Shown piece by piece: positions 48,494-56,282 of a stretch of 64,000 bases of DNA. The translations under genes were made by a program, and so were the position numbers. Each line of letters starts with the position of its first letter. The first letter of the stretch is position 1. Origin of the DNA: Candidatus Woesebacteria bacterium RBG_13_46_13 (GTDB lineage: Bacteria; Patescibacteriota; Microgenomatia; UBA8517); contig MGFR01000003.1 of assembly GCA_001791995.1 (NCBI GenBank), positions 89,543-153,542 on the forward strand, given 5' to 3'. Below the pieces are notes generated by a model. The model was given only the letters and a program-made list of their open reading frames with translations. It ran no database searches and was not told where the DNA came from.

Positions 48494-49432
48494 CTATTGG
48501 GTAATAGTAATATTACCCGTGTCCAAACCAGTCCTGGCCGTACCAACACAGGTACTCTCGTTAGGGAAGTCGCCCGGCCAATTTTCCCAAGTATCATATA
48601 CAACTGGCCCGATACCATTTTCATTCTGGAATATTGTCACCCGTACGGTGTCTTTTGTATTCGGAGACCCAAAGTCGCCGGCTCGGAAAATCATCGAGTA
48701 ACCAGGTACACCATTCCACACGCCGTTGATAGTAAAGTTAACCGCGTCATTACAGCTGACGTCGTCTCCATCGAAAAAGTTTAACGCAGCAACATCGCTA
48801 CCATGAAACACTGATTTATCTAACCCTTCTACACTTACATTATGTAAGTTAACCTGAAAATCAGCCACAAGTGAATCATCGGAGTATTGATTTACCCAAC
48901 CACCAAAACTGACGTCGAACCAATCTTTGCGTTTAGCGCCTTCCTCTCCTTGTAGCAAATGGCCACCTCCATTAACGGAAGCAACAACAACAGGTGGGGT
49001 TTCGACCTCAAACCTTGTCCAGTCAAAACGCTCGTCCCTTTCGGCACCGAACACCATGCGAACTTCTACATATTCGTTTGCTGGAATTGTTAGGGTTTCA
49101 CTACTGTTGAACTCGCAAATATACGGATAAAGACCGTCAATTATTGCTGTGTTGTAATTTATTCCGCCGTTTTCTGCAAGTATCTGGGTAGTATCACCGT
49201 CAGTCCTGTACTCGAAACAGCTATAAAAGGCTCTTGTACTGATAAACTGTAAATCCGTTGTACCCACACCCATACTGAGCTGGTCAACATGTGCCCAGCC
49301 GTTTGTGCGATTAATATCGTTAGTGCTGGGTGTTACGGGGTTTACGTCAGCCTTAGTAATACCGGCGAACCCAAATACCAACGCCAAAACAAGTAACCCT
49401 CCAAGAACTCCTTGAATTATATTTTTTCTCAT
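48494..49432 (-). CDS. Secreted two-domain hypothetical protein
   Basis: ATG at 49432 after AGGAGGTG; signal peptide (..AGITKA-D); acidic beta-rich mature part. Confidence 0.75.
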   Translation of the reverse strand: MRKNIIQGVLGGLLVLALVFGFAGITKADVNPVTPSTNDINRTNGWAHVDQLSMGVGTTDLQFISTRAFYSCFEYRTDGDTTQILAENGGINYNTAIIDGLYPYICEFNSSETLTIPANEYVEVRMVFGAERDERFDWTRFEVETPPVVVASVNGGGHLLQGEEGAKRKDWFDVSFGGWVNQYSDDSLVADFQVNLHNVSVEGLDKSVFHGSDVAALNFFDGDDVSCNDAVNFTINGVWNGVPGYSMIFRAGDFGSPNTKDTVRVTIFQNENGIGPVVYDTWENWPGDFPNESTCVGTARTGLDTGNITITQ

Positions 49433-49458
49433 TTTTTTCACCTCCTTCCTACACCAAT

Positions 49459-49480
49459 AAAAAACCGCCTCGACGGCGGT
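49459..49480 (-). terminator. Terminator hairpin inside the 5' leader of the 48494-49432 gene (attenuator candidate)
   Basis: Minus strand ACCGCC-GTCGA-GGCGGT-TTTTT, about 30 nt upstream of the ATG. Confidence 0.6.
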
Positions 49481-49657
49481 CGCTAACTACCAACAATGTG
49501 GTAAGGAAAGTTCATTGGTATAACTTCCTTTACCTATAGTCCTCTTTTTCCTTATCCTTGTCAATGACTTTGAAATTTGGCTTACAAAAAGTTCGGAACA
49601 AGTAATCGTAGGTCACCGCGCAAGGATGCTATAATCCTCCAAAAGGCCACCCTGTAA

Positions 49658-51145
49658 ATGAAATTGTCCAGTAAGTATTCTAACTTTATTATTTATTTGC
49701 TGATTGTTTTGTTATCCCTTGCCTATTTTTCTTTTTTTCTAAATAAGGGTCTTACCGTTTATGATGAGGGGTACATAGTTGAATCCTCATACCTGACTTA
49801 TCTTGGAAAAATTCCCTACAAAGATTTCTATTTTCAATACACTCCGCTGACAGCCTGGGTTGGGACTATCGTGTTTAAAATATTCGGGGTAGGAATACTG
49901 AAGCTCAGGTGGCTCGCGCTTGTTATCTCATTGGCTACGGTTCTTTTGGGATATGAAATTACCAAAGAGTTAGCGGGCAAAAAAAACGCACTTCTGATTG
50001 CTTTAGCGCTTATCGCATGGGGTTTCCCCCACGCAAATTTCCTTTGGCCTTCATCCTTAAGCCTGCTCTTCCTCTTAGTTACCACCTTGTGCTTCATCAG
50101 ATACAGCGAAACAAAAAACCTTCGCTATTTTTCGTTGGCGGGAATTGCCGTGTGGGGGAATATTTTAACCAAGCAGAATCTGGGCACAGTATCGCTCGTC
50201 ACATCTATAGTTTTTATACTCCTTATCTGTCGAGGGAGGTTGGTAAAAGGGTTTCTACATTTTCTAATACCGTTTATTGCCATCGCGGGCGTTAGCCTTT
50301 CTATCATCTTACTAAGTAATCCCGATTTCACGGGCATAAAGGAATTGTTTTTTCGCTCGCTCATGGCAGCTCGGGGGCAGACTTTATATTCTCCTTATCC
50401 AATGTTAAGTAAGTTGCCGAGTAATCTTGGTGAAATATTCAAGTGGGTTATAAAGACCTATCTATACTTAACACCAATATTCTTCATTACAATTCTAGGG
50501 TTGAGTCTTTTTATAAAGAGGAGCATTAAACCGCTTCTTGTGGGCATTTTTATTTCCTCGGTATTCCACTTTCTTCTAGTGGTATGGCCGACAGCCGATC
50601 TTGCCCATTTTACCTTTGGAGTTCCCTGTGTCCTGTTGGTCTTTATGGTTGCAACCCTAGTTTATAAAGGACCAATCAGGAAATTTGCCCTGCTATCAAT
50701 CTTTCTGTTTATACTCATAGGGTTTTATAAGACTTTATTTATGAGCTATTACACTTTCGAAACCCCTTATCTAAGGCTTAGAGATCCGGTGACTATAAGG
50801 GGAGAAACAATAATTGTTGATGAAAAATATAAAACTATTGTGGACTTTTTAAACGACAATAAGGATGGTCTTTTTGTCAACAGATCGATATTTGTTTACT
50901 CATATGCCCCCATGGTATATTTCATCTTGGACAAAGAGCCGCCGACACGCGAGCTCTATACTGTAGAAAACTTGCTATCTAAGGAAGCATTGGTCAAGGT
51001 GGTAGAGGATCTGGGACAAGCGAAAACCGACCTCGTCTTATTAGAAACCTGGAGAGAAAAGGATTCTGACATAACCCGGCTTATTAGACAAAATTATCGA
51101 AAGATCGAGACGGTTTGGGATTTTGAGATTCTTGCAAGGAAGTAG
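49658..51145 (+). CDS. ArnT/PMT-like (GT-C fold) membrane glycosyltransferase
   Basis: YDEG, G.IPYKDF..QYTPL, KQN; many TM segments. Confidence 0.8.
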   Translation: MKLSSKYSNFIIYLLIVLLSLAYFSFFLNKGLTVYDEGYIVESSYLTYLGKIPYKDFYFQYTPLTAWVGTIVFKIFGVGILKLRWLALVISLATVLLGYEITKELAGKKNALLIALALIAWGFPHANFLWPSSLSLLFLLVTTLCFIRYSETKNLRYFSLAGIAVWGNILTKQNLGTVSLVTSIVFILLICRGRLVKGFLHFLIPFIAIAGVSLSIILLSNPDFTGIKELFFRSLMAARGQTLYSPYPMLSKLPSNLGEIFKWVIKTYLYLTPIFFITILGLSLFIKRSIKPLLVGIFISSVFHFLLVVWPTADLAHFTFGVPCVLLVFMVATLVYKGPIRKFALLSIFLFILIGFYKTLFMSYYTFETPYLRLRDPVTIRGETIIVDEKYKTIVDFLNDNKDGLFVNRSIFVYSYAPMVYFILDKEPPTRELYTVENLLSKEALVKVVEDLGQAKTDLVLLETWREKDSDITRLIRQNYRKIETVWDFEILARK

Positions 51146-51148
51146 TGT

Positions 51149-52027
51149 ATGCAAAAGACAAATCGTTCCAAAAACATTTGCCCGGTATGTAAAAACTCTC
51201 GTATAACCGAATACTGGGCTATGCCGGGCTATAAGCTGGCGAAATGTCCCAAATGCGAGACGGTTTGGGACAAGTTACCCCCCGAAGAGATCTCCGCTAT
51301 TTACGATAAAACCTACTTTATAAATGAAAACCCAAAGGGTGGTTACGCTAATTATTTTGAGGCGATGAGAATTAACCGTAAAACATTTTCGGGCAGATTA
51401 GAAAAAATCGAAAAAACATTGGGCAAAAAAGGCACACTTCTCGATGTCGGCTGTGCCTTGGGAGATTTTCTTGCCGAAGCTAAGACTAGAGGATGGAAAG
51501 ACATCCAGGGAATCGAAATTTCGCATTATGCCGTGGTTTTTGCCAGGGGAAAAGGCCTCAAGGTTAACGAGGGGGTTCTGGAGAATAATTCTTACCCACC
51601 CAACTTCTTCGAAGTTGTTACCTACCAAGACGTAATAGAGCATATTCCAAACCCAAAGGATGAGTTAAAGAAGGCTTACAAGATACTGAAACCCGGTGGG
51701 ATTATCTTCCTTGTTACCCCCGACGTGCGGGGTCTTTGGGCAAAATTATTAGGTCCCCTTTGGTATCATTACAAACCCCGTGAACACATACTCTACTTTT
51801 CTAAAAAGAGCATCGAGGTGGCGCTTGCAAAAGCAGGGTTTAAAAATATCTTAGTGAGAAATACCTATCATGTTTTTTCTCTCGAATATATTTTGAATCG
51901 CCTCCGCTATTACCAGCCTAATTTTTTCGAATTCTTATTGAAGATGGTAAGAAAGACCAAAGTAAAGAACCTCCCGTTTAAGCTCTACACTGGAGAAATT
52001 GAGGCCTGGGGACAAAAACTTCCTTAA
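51149..52027 (+). CDS. Class I SAM-dependent methyltransferase with N-terminal Zn ribbon
   Basis: CPVC..CPKC, LLDVGCALG, DVIEH, LKPGG, EH..YF. Confidence 0.9.
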   Translation: MQKTNRSKNICPVCKNSRITEYWAMPGYKLAKCPKCETVWDKLPPEEISAIYDKTYFINENPKGGYANYFEAMRINRKTFSGRLEKIEKTLGKKGTLLDVGCALGDFLAEAKTRGWKDIQGIEISHYAVVFARGKGLKVNEGVLENNSYPPNFFEVVTYQDVIEHIPNPKDELKKAYKILKPGGIIFLVTPDVRGLWAKLLGPLWYHYKPREHILYFSKKSIEVALAKAGFKNILVRNTYHVFSLEYILNRLRYYQPNFFEFLLKMVRKTKVKNLPFKLYTGEIEAWGQKLP

Positions 52028-52074
52028 CTTCTACCATATTATCTGAAGTGGTGTAACCAAAGAAGAAAGATCTG

Positions 52075-52150
52075 GTGGGGCGGAAGCGGGACACAAGCGG
52101 AGGTTATCCGTTTATGCGCGCTTACACGCCCCACCGTGCACCCGAGGTGC
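52075..52150 (-). terminator. Long interrupted hairpin 3' of cassette B
   Basis: Minus strand GCACC-TCG-GGTGC, then GGTGGGGCG..AAGCG..CATAA..CGGA-TAACC-TCCG..TTGTG..CGCTT..CGCCCCACC, followed by a pyrimidine tract. Confidence 0.6.
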
Positions 52151-52368
52151 TACTTGCGAAAGAACTGCACCATGGCAATGAGCAGGATGGCGATGGCAGC
52201 CCAGAAGGCGAAGAACGGGATGAAGATGGAGAGCAATCCCCCACCTTCGACAACCGTCACCGTGGACTTCACGATCTGCGCCTCTTCCCAGGCGAAAGCC
52301 GCCAGGATTCCAGCCACCGTGCAGATGATCAACCAGCTCAACCTCTTGGCGATAAAGCCGGTAGTCAC
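52150..52368 (-). CDS. Small 2-TM hypothetical protein (cassette B)
   Basis: GTG start at 52368 after AAGGAGG; promoter TTGATA-N17-TATAAT (52446-52418). Confidence 0.7.
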   Translation of the reverse strand: MTTGFIAKRLSWLIICTVAGILAAFAWEEAQIVKSTVTVVEGGGLLSIFIPFFAFWAAIAILLIAMVQFFRK

Positions 52369-52514
52369 GAGAACCTCCTTTTTAGGTGCGAAATTTGTCC
52401 TATTTAGGACATAGGATATTATACCCCCCACCCGCGAAGATATCAACTATAGGTTGATTTTTGGCCTTGACCGTGCTACAATTCCCCATTCGCTCTTTTC
52501 CATAAGGAGGAATC

Positions 52515-53045
52515 ATGGAGACCAAGCAGCAGAGAGTTGGTCGCGCCTTTTCCGTTCTGGCAATCATCGTCATGTTCGGGCTCGTGGTGGGTCTATCCTG
52601 GAGTGATCTGGGGGAGAAAACCTCGACCTTTTCGGTCTGGATTCCCGCCCCAGAGCCTCCGGAAGAAACCGCCAGACTCCTGGCGCGTTGGCAAAGTGAA
52701 GGTGGGCTGGAGTGGTCAATAGAGGAGTTCCTATCCTTCACTCCTCACCCCGCCTTCGTTTTTCCCATGGAGGATGAATTCGGCAGGGAAGTACTAACCT
52801 ACGTGGGAGAGTTCGGACCTGATTACCCGCTGATGTTCGCTCGGGGGTTCATAAGGATGCCTTTCAGACACTACGTGAACTATCCCAACCATCAGTGGAA
52901 CCTTGAACCTGAAGGGCCCAGAGGAGCCAACCTGATCCTGCATTCGTGGGGCTACGGTTTCCTACCCTGGTCCCTGGCGGTCATCCTGATCTGTATCATG
53001 CTCTACGGCTGGTACCGGATCCGCCTCTGGCTGAGGAGCCTCTAA
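52515..53045 (+). CDS. Hypothetical membrane protein with N- and C-terminal TM (cassette C)
   Basis: AAGGAGG SD; promoter TTGATT-N17-TACAAT (52454-52482). Confidence 0.78.
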   Translation: METKQQRVGRAFSVLAIIVMFGLVVGLSWSDLGEKTSTFSVWIPAPEPPEETARLLARWQSEGGLEWSIEEFLSFTPHPAFVFPMEDEFGREVLTYVGEFGPDYPLMFARGFIRMPFRHYVNYPNHQWNLEPEGPRGANLILHSWGYGFLPWSLAVILICIMLYGWYRIRLWLRSL

Positions 53046-53063
53046 TTCCCGGAAAGGAGCAAT

Positions 53064-53127
53064 AAGCACCCTGAAGACGCAAGTCTTCCGACACGAAAGT
53101 GTTGAAAAAAGGGTGCTTTGCTTTTTT
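53064..53127 (+). ncRNA. Three-way-junction 3' RNA motif / terminator, copy 1
   Basis: AAGCACCCT [GAAGAC-GCAA-GTCTTC][CGACAC-GAAA-GTGTTG] AAAAA AGGGTGCTT plus U-rich tail. Confidence 0.75.
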
Positions 53128-53138
53128 AATTGAAGAAC

Positions 53139-53188
53139 AAGGTTGCGCACCGGGTGGTGTTTCAGCGGTTAATCCGCATCGCAACCTT
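53139..53188 (-). terminator. Branched 3' structure of cassette D
   Basis: Minus strand AAGGTTGCG [GCGG-ATTAA-CCGC][CACC-ACCC-GGTG] CGCAACCTT-GTTCTT. Confidence 0.65.
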
Positions 53189-53193
53189 CTGAC

Positions 53194-53583
53194 CTACTTC
53201 CAGAACTCCCACCACTTCTTCGCCGGGATATTGGGGATGGCAATCATCCTCTTCCCCAGTGGGGGTGGGGCTGCCTTGCCGGAACGGGCTGCATTCTCCT
53301 GCTTTAGGAGCTCCCTGGACTTCTCCGGCAGAACCCCGGCCTCGTTGGCGTAGAAGCGGAACCAATAGGGCAGGGACTTGCGAATTCCTGCTTCCTGGCT
53401 GGTATCCACGACCATACGCCAGACGACCACCGTCGCGTCCTGGGGCATCAGCATCTGCTGACTCTTGATGAGGAATCCCCGAACCTCCCTTTCGACCTTG
53501 ACAATTGCCTGGTTTGCCACCTTCAACAGCACGTCTCTGTCCTTGCTGTCGAAGTCGAGCCAGAACTCCAAAGTCATGTCCAT
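53194..53583 (-). CDS. Hypothetical protein ending KKWWEFWK (cassette D)
   Basis: AAAGGAGG SD, -10 TAAAAT at 53654-53649, GC-rich codons. Confidence 0.78.
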   Translation of the reverse strand: MDMTLEFWLDFDSKDRDVLLKVANQAIVKVEREVRGFLIKSQQMLMPQDATVVVWRMVVDTSQEAGIRKSLPYWFRFYANEAGVLPEKSRELLKQENAARSGKAAPPPLGKRMIAIPNIPAKKWWEFWK

Positions 53584-53669
53584 CGCCGGCCTCCTTTAGG
53601 GCTTAGGGTATGAATTCTGGAAATTGTGAATGCGCGAAAAGACGGCCTATTTTAACACAATTAGACCAT

Positions 53670-54311
53670 TTATGAAGTTTTGAGGTAGGAGATAAGCTTG
53701 ACCGCTATTATATATAGAACGGCCGGAACAGAGAAAATGTAGAAAATCACAAAAGGGAAAGAGCGGGAATCGCTACCGATAAAGAAGGAATGCACCGCAA
53801 CCAACAAGAACACCGCATAATTTAGGATGTGGAACTTTCTCCAGTTTTCCCTCCACCAGGGCAAGGTTCTAAGTTTGGCTGCCAAAACAGCCGCCGAGAC
53901 CAGCCAAAACGATAGTCTTCCAAGGGTATAGAAAAATTCCGGGCGGGTTTTACACATCAGGCAAAAATCGGTAAAAACATAAAAGGGATCAATGACGTGC
54001 CTGGCGATGTAGTTAAAGACCAAAAGAGCCAGGGGGTGAAGAAGAATTAGACTATAAGCCACTGCCCCTTCGGTCAGGTGCCATTTAAAGACCCAGGCTC
54101 CTAGCTTCTCTATCCATTTCTGCATAAAAGAGCCCAAAACAACCTGCCAGAAAAGAAGGACAAAGGCCACTAGCCCCACAACTCTTTGGATAAGATTCAC
54201 AACAAGCAGGTTGTTTAAAGGAACGGGAGATCTAAGAATAAAAATCAAAACGGTAACCGGACCAAGGAGAATGGATAGAAGCCAGACAAGAAGAAAGAGC
54301 TTTTTGTTCAT
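53670..54311 (-). CDS. Ferric reductase-like transmembrane (heme b) protein
   Basis: Paired His in TM helices (KWH..LLHP, WRKFHILNY..VAVH); leaderless TATAAT-N7-ATG. Confidence 0.8.
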   Translation of the reverse strand: MNKKLFLLVWLLSILLGPVTVLIFILRSPVPLNNLLVVNLIQRVVGLVAFVLLFWQVVLGSFMQKWIEKLGAWVFKWHLTEGAVAYSLILLHPLALLVFNYIARHVIDPFYVFTDFCLMCKTRPEFFYTLGRLSFWLVSAAVLAAKLRTLPWWRENWRKFHILNYAVFLLVAVHSFFIGSDSRSFPFVIFYIFSVPAVLYIIAVKLISYLKTS

Positions 54312-54326
54312 TGAAGTAATTATAAC

Positions 54327-54368
54327 AAAAAAAGAGCCTGATCTTTGGCTTATGCCTCAATCAGGCTC
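54327..54368 (-). terminator. 3' terminator of cassette E with internal hairpin
   Basis: Minus strand GAGCCTGAT..GGC-ATAA-GCC..ATCAGGCTC-TTTTTTT. Confidence 0.75.
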
Positions 54369-54374
54369 CTACTC

Positions 54375-54932
54375 CTAGTACGACAACTCGTCCCACAGGG
54401 GACAGCGAGGAATATACCTCCATCTCTCCCCTTCCTCGAGCCGGCGAACGAAAGCGAACCCGCGGCATTCGAGACCCGGGAAAACAATGAGGTCGGCAAT
54501 GAACGCCTCGTGGTTATCCTCACGTTCGGATTCGGCGACGGCATAGGAAAAGCGCCGGATGTCGAAGACATACTCCTTTCCGACTCTGTCGTCGTAGGCG
54601 TTCATGCTGACATCCCAACCGCTATGAGCCAGGTCAAGCGTGAACATGACCTTGGTAGTACCGTCGAAGGCTGTAGGCCGAAATCCCAATCTCAACCTTC
54701 CGTGCCACCGCCATTCCGGGGCCAGTATGTGCGTAGAATCGAGAGAAGCGAAGAGTCCGAAATAGTACGTTTCTCTCCACATCTCTTCGGTCCTCATCAC
54801 ATCCGGCTGTATCGCTGTAATCAATCCCGGAAAGGGACTCTCCCACCCCTCGTGTACGGGTACGTCCGTGTTGGGGAAGAAGGCGATGATGACGACAGCC
54901 AACGGAACGATCCAAAGCAGATGCTTTTTCAT
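54375..54932 (-). CDS. Hypothetical exported/membrane-anchored protein (cassette E)
   Basis: AAAGGAGGAG SD; promoter TTGATA-N17-TATAAT (55006-54978); N-terminal hydrophobic segment. Confidence 0.78.
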   Translation of the reverse strand: MKKHLLWIVPLAVVIIAFFPNTDVPVHEGWESPFPGLITAIQPDVMRTEEMWRETYYFGLFASLDSTHILAPEWRWHGRLRLGFRPTAFDGTTKVMFTLDLAHSGWDVSMNAYDDRVGKEYVFDIRRFSYAVAESEREDNHEAFIADLIVFPGLECRGFAFVRRLEEGERWRYIPRCPLWDELSY

Positions 54933-55121
54933 AGCTCCTCCTTTGATTTTGTAAGAGTGCGACTCTAGGATAGCGATATTATAGTCCTAGGTATATGAAA
55001 TATCAAATTATAGGCTTAGACCTAAACATACAAATTCTTGCTAAATTTGAGGCTATAGGGTATAATACTGGCATCCGCTCGGGCGGAAATTCGCACTTTT
55101 CAATACTCATCAGGAGGAACT

Positions 55122-56276
55122 ATGGCCAAACGTGAAGGACGCTGGGACTGCCGCTCATGCGGCACGAAAGGCGTGAGAGGGCGTTTCAAGTACTGTTCGC
55201 AGTGCGGAAGCCCCCGTCCCGCCAACGTCAAGTTCTACCTCCCGGAAGGAGAACCGGAGGTAACCGATCCGAAACTCCTGGCCCTTGCAGGTGCAGGTCC
55301 AGACTGGACTTGCGAGCACTGCAGCCAGGACAATGTCGGCACTTCCGCTTTCTGCGGACAGTGCGGTGCCAAAAAGGACGGGAGCCCTTCCCGTAAAACC
55401 AAGACCTACGGTCTTGGAAGCATTCCCCGCTCGGGAGATGAATTCCCCGAAGAGGAAAAACCCGCATCCGCGGTTTATTCCCAGGAGACAAGTACGCCGA
55501 AGGGCAGTCTCTTTTCTAAACTGAAGATCCCTGCGGCTATTTGTGCAGGAGCGGCCTTTCTGGGTCTTTTGGGATTTCTGCTTTTCGCACGCCACGACGT
55601 GCCCTTGACCGTCTCGGGCTTCGCCTGGGAAAGAACGGTCACCGTCGAAGAGTACCGCACTGTCGTGGAAGAGGATTGGTCCATCCCCGCCGGAGGCAGA
55701 TACCAAAGCGAGGGACAGGCTATCCACCACTACGACAGCGTTGAGGTCGGGTCCCATCAGGAACCGTATCAAGACTGTCATCAGGAAGTTTCTGGCTCGC
55801 ATCAGGAGTGCAGCCAAGAAGTTACAGGCTACGACTCCTATGTCTGCGGGAGCAGTGATGACGGCAATGGTTTCTTTTCGGATGTTTACTGCGACCGGCC
55901 TGAGTACTCGACCGTCTGTGACTCGGTCACGGACTACTCGACCGTCTGTGACACCTTGTACCGAACGGTCACGGATTACGAGCAGGTACCCGTCTACGCG
56001 ACGAGGTATACCTACGAAATTGAACGTTGGGTCTTTGACCGAACCGAGGTTTCGCAGGGGTCGGACCATACGGCCTTTTGGCCTCCCTTCACCCTTGAGG
56101 ATAACGAGAGGGAGTCGGGGAGGAACGAGGCCTACGAAGTTCTCTTCGTCGACGACGAGGAGAAAACCTACTCCTATACGGTTGATTTAGCCGCTTGGCA
56201 GATCTTCGAGGTCGGCCAGAACTATACCGGCAAGGTCAACACCTTAGGAGTACTGACAGAAGTATCCGATGAGTAA
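55122..56276 (+). CDS. Zinc-ribbon (RanBP2-like) membrane protein with Cys-repeat extracellular part (cassette F)
   Basis: WDCRSC..CSQCG and WTCEHC..CGQCG, central TM, W..P.GG, Y.YEIERW; promoter TTGCTA-N17-TATAAT (55038-55066), AGGAGG SD. Confidence 0.82.
   Translation: MAKREGRWDCRSCGTKGVRGRFKYCSQCGSPRPANVKFYLPEGEPEVTDPKLLALAGAGPDWTCEHCSQDNVGTSAFCGQCGAKKDGSPSRKTKTYGLGSIPRSGDEFPEEEKPASAVYSQETSTPKGSLFSKLKIPAAICAGAAFLGLLGFLLFARHDVPLTVSGFAWERTVTVEEYRTVVEEDWSIPAGGRYQSEGQAIHHYDSVEVGSHQEPYQDCHQEVSGSHQECSQEVTGYDSYVCGSSDDGNGFFSDVYCDRPEYSTVCDSVTDYSTVCDTLYRTVTDYEQVPVYATRYTYEIERWVFDRTEVSQGSDHTAFWPPFTLEDNERESGRNEAYEVLFVDDEEKTYSYTVDLAAWQIFEVGQNYTGKVNTLGVLTEVSDE
55904..55952 (+). repeat. Intragenic tandem repeat (YSTVCD x2, 30-bp period)
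   Basis: TACTCGACCGTCTGTGAC occurs at 55905 and 55935; CGGTCACGGA recurs. Confidence 0.8.
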
Positions 56277-56282
56277 GACAAG

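Noticed and set aside
53064-53118. Cyclic di-GMP-I or other riboswitch (GNRA loops)
   Set aside because: Located 3' of genes, with no downstream gene on the same strand, and lacking the conserved aptamer nucleotides I know.
55904-55980. Diversity-generating retroelement TR/VR pair
   Set aside because: The repeats are short, tandem and in frame, without adenine-specific mismatches, and no RT is nearby.
55155-56069. Long antisense ORFs (304 aa here; also 54345-54968, 44119-44559, 27376-28125, 33902-34732)
   Set aside because: Shadows of real genes with biased codon usage; no SD or promoter, and no recognisable motifs.
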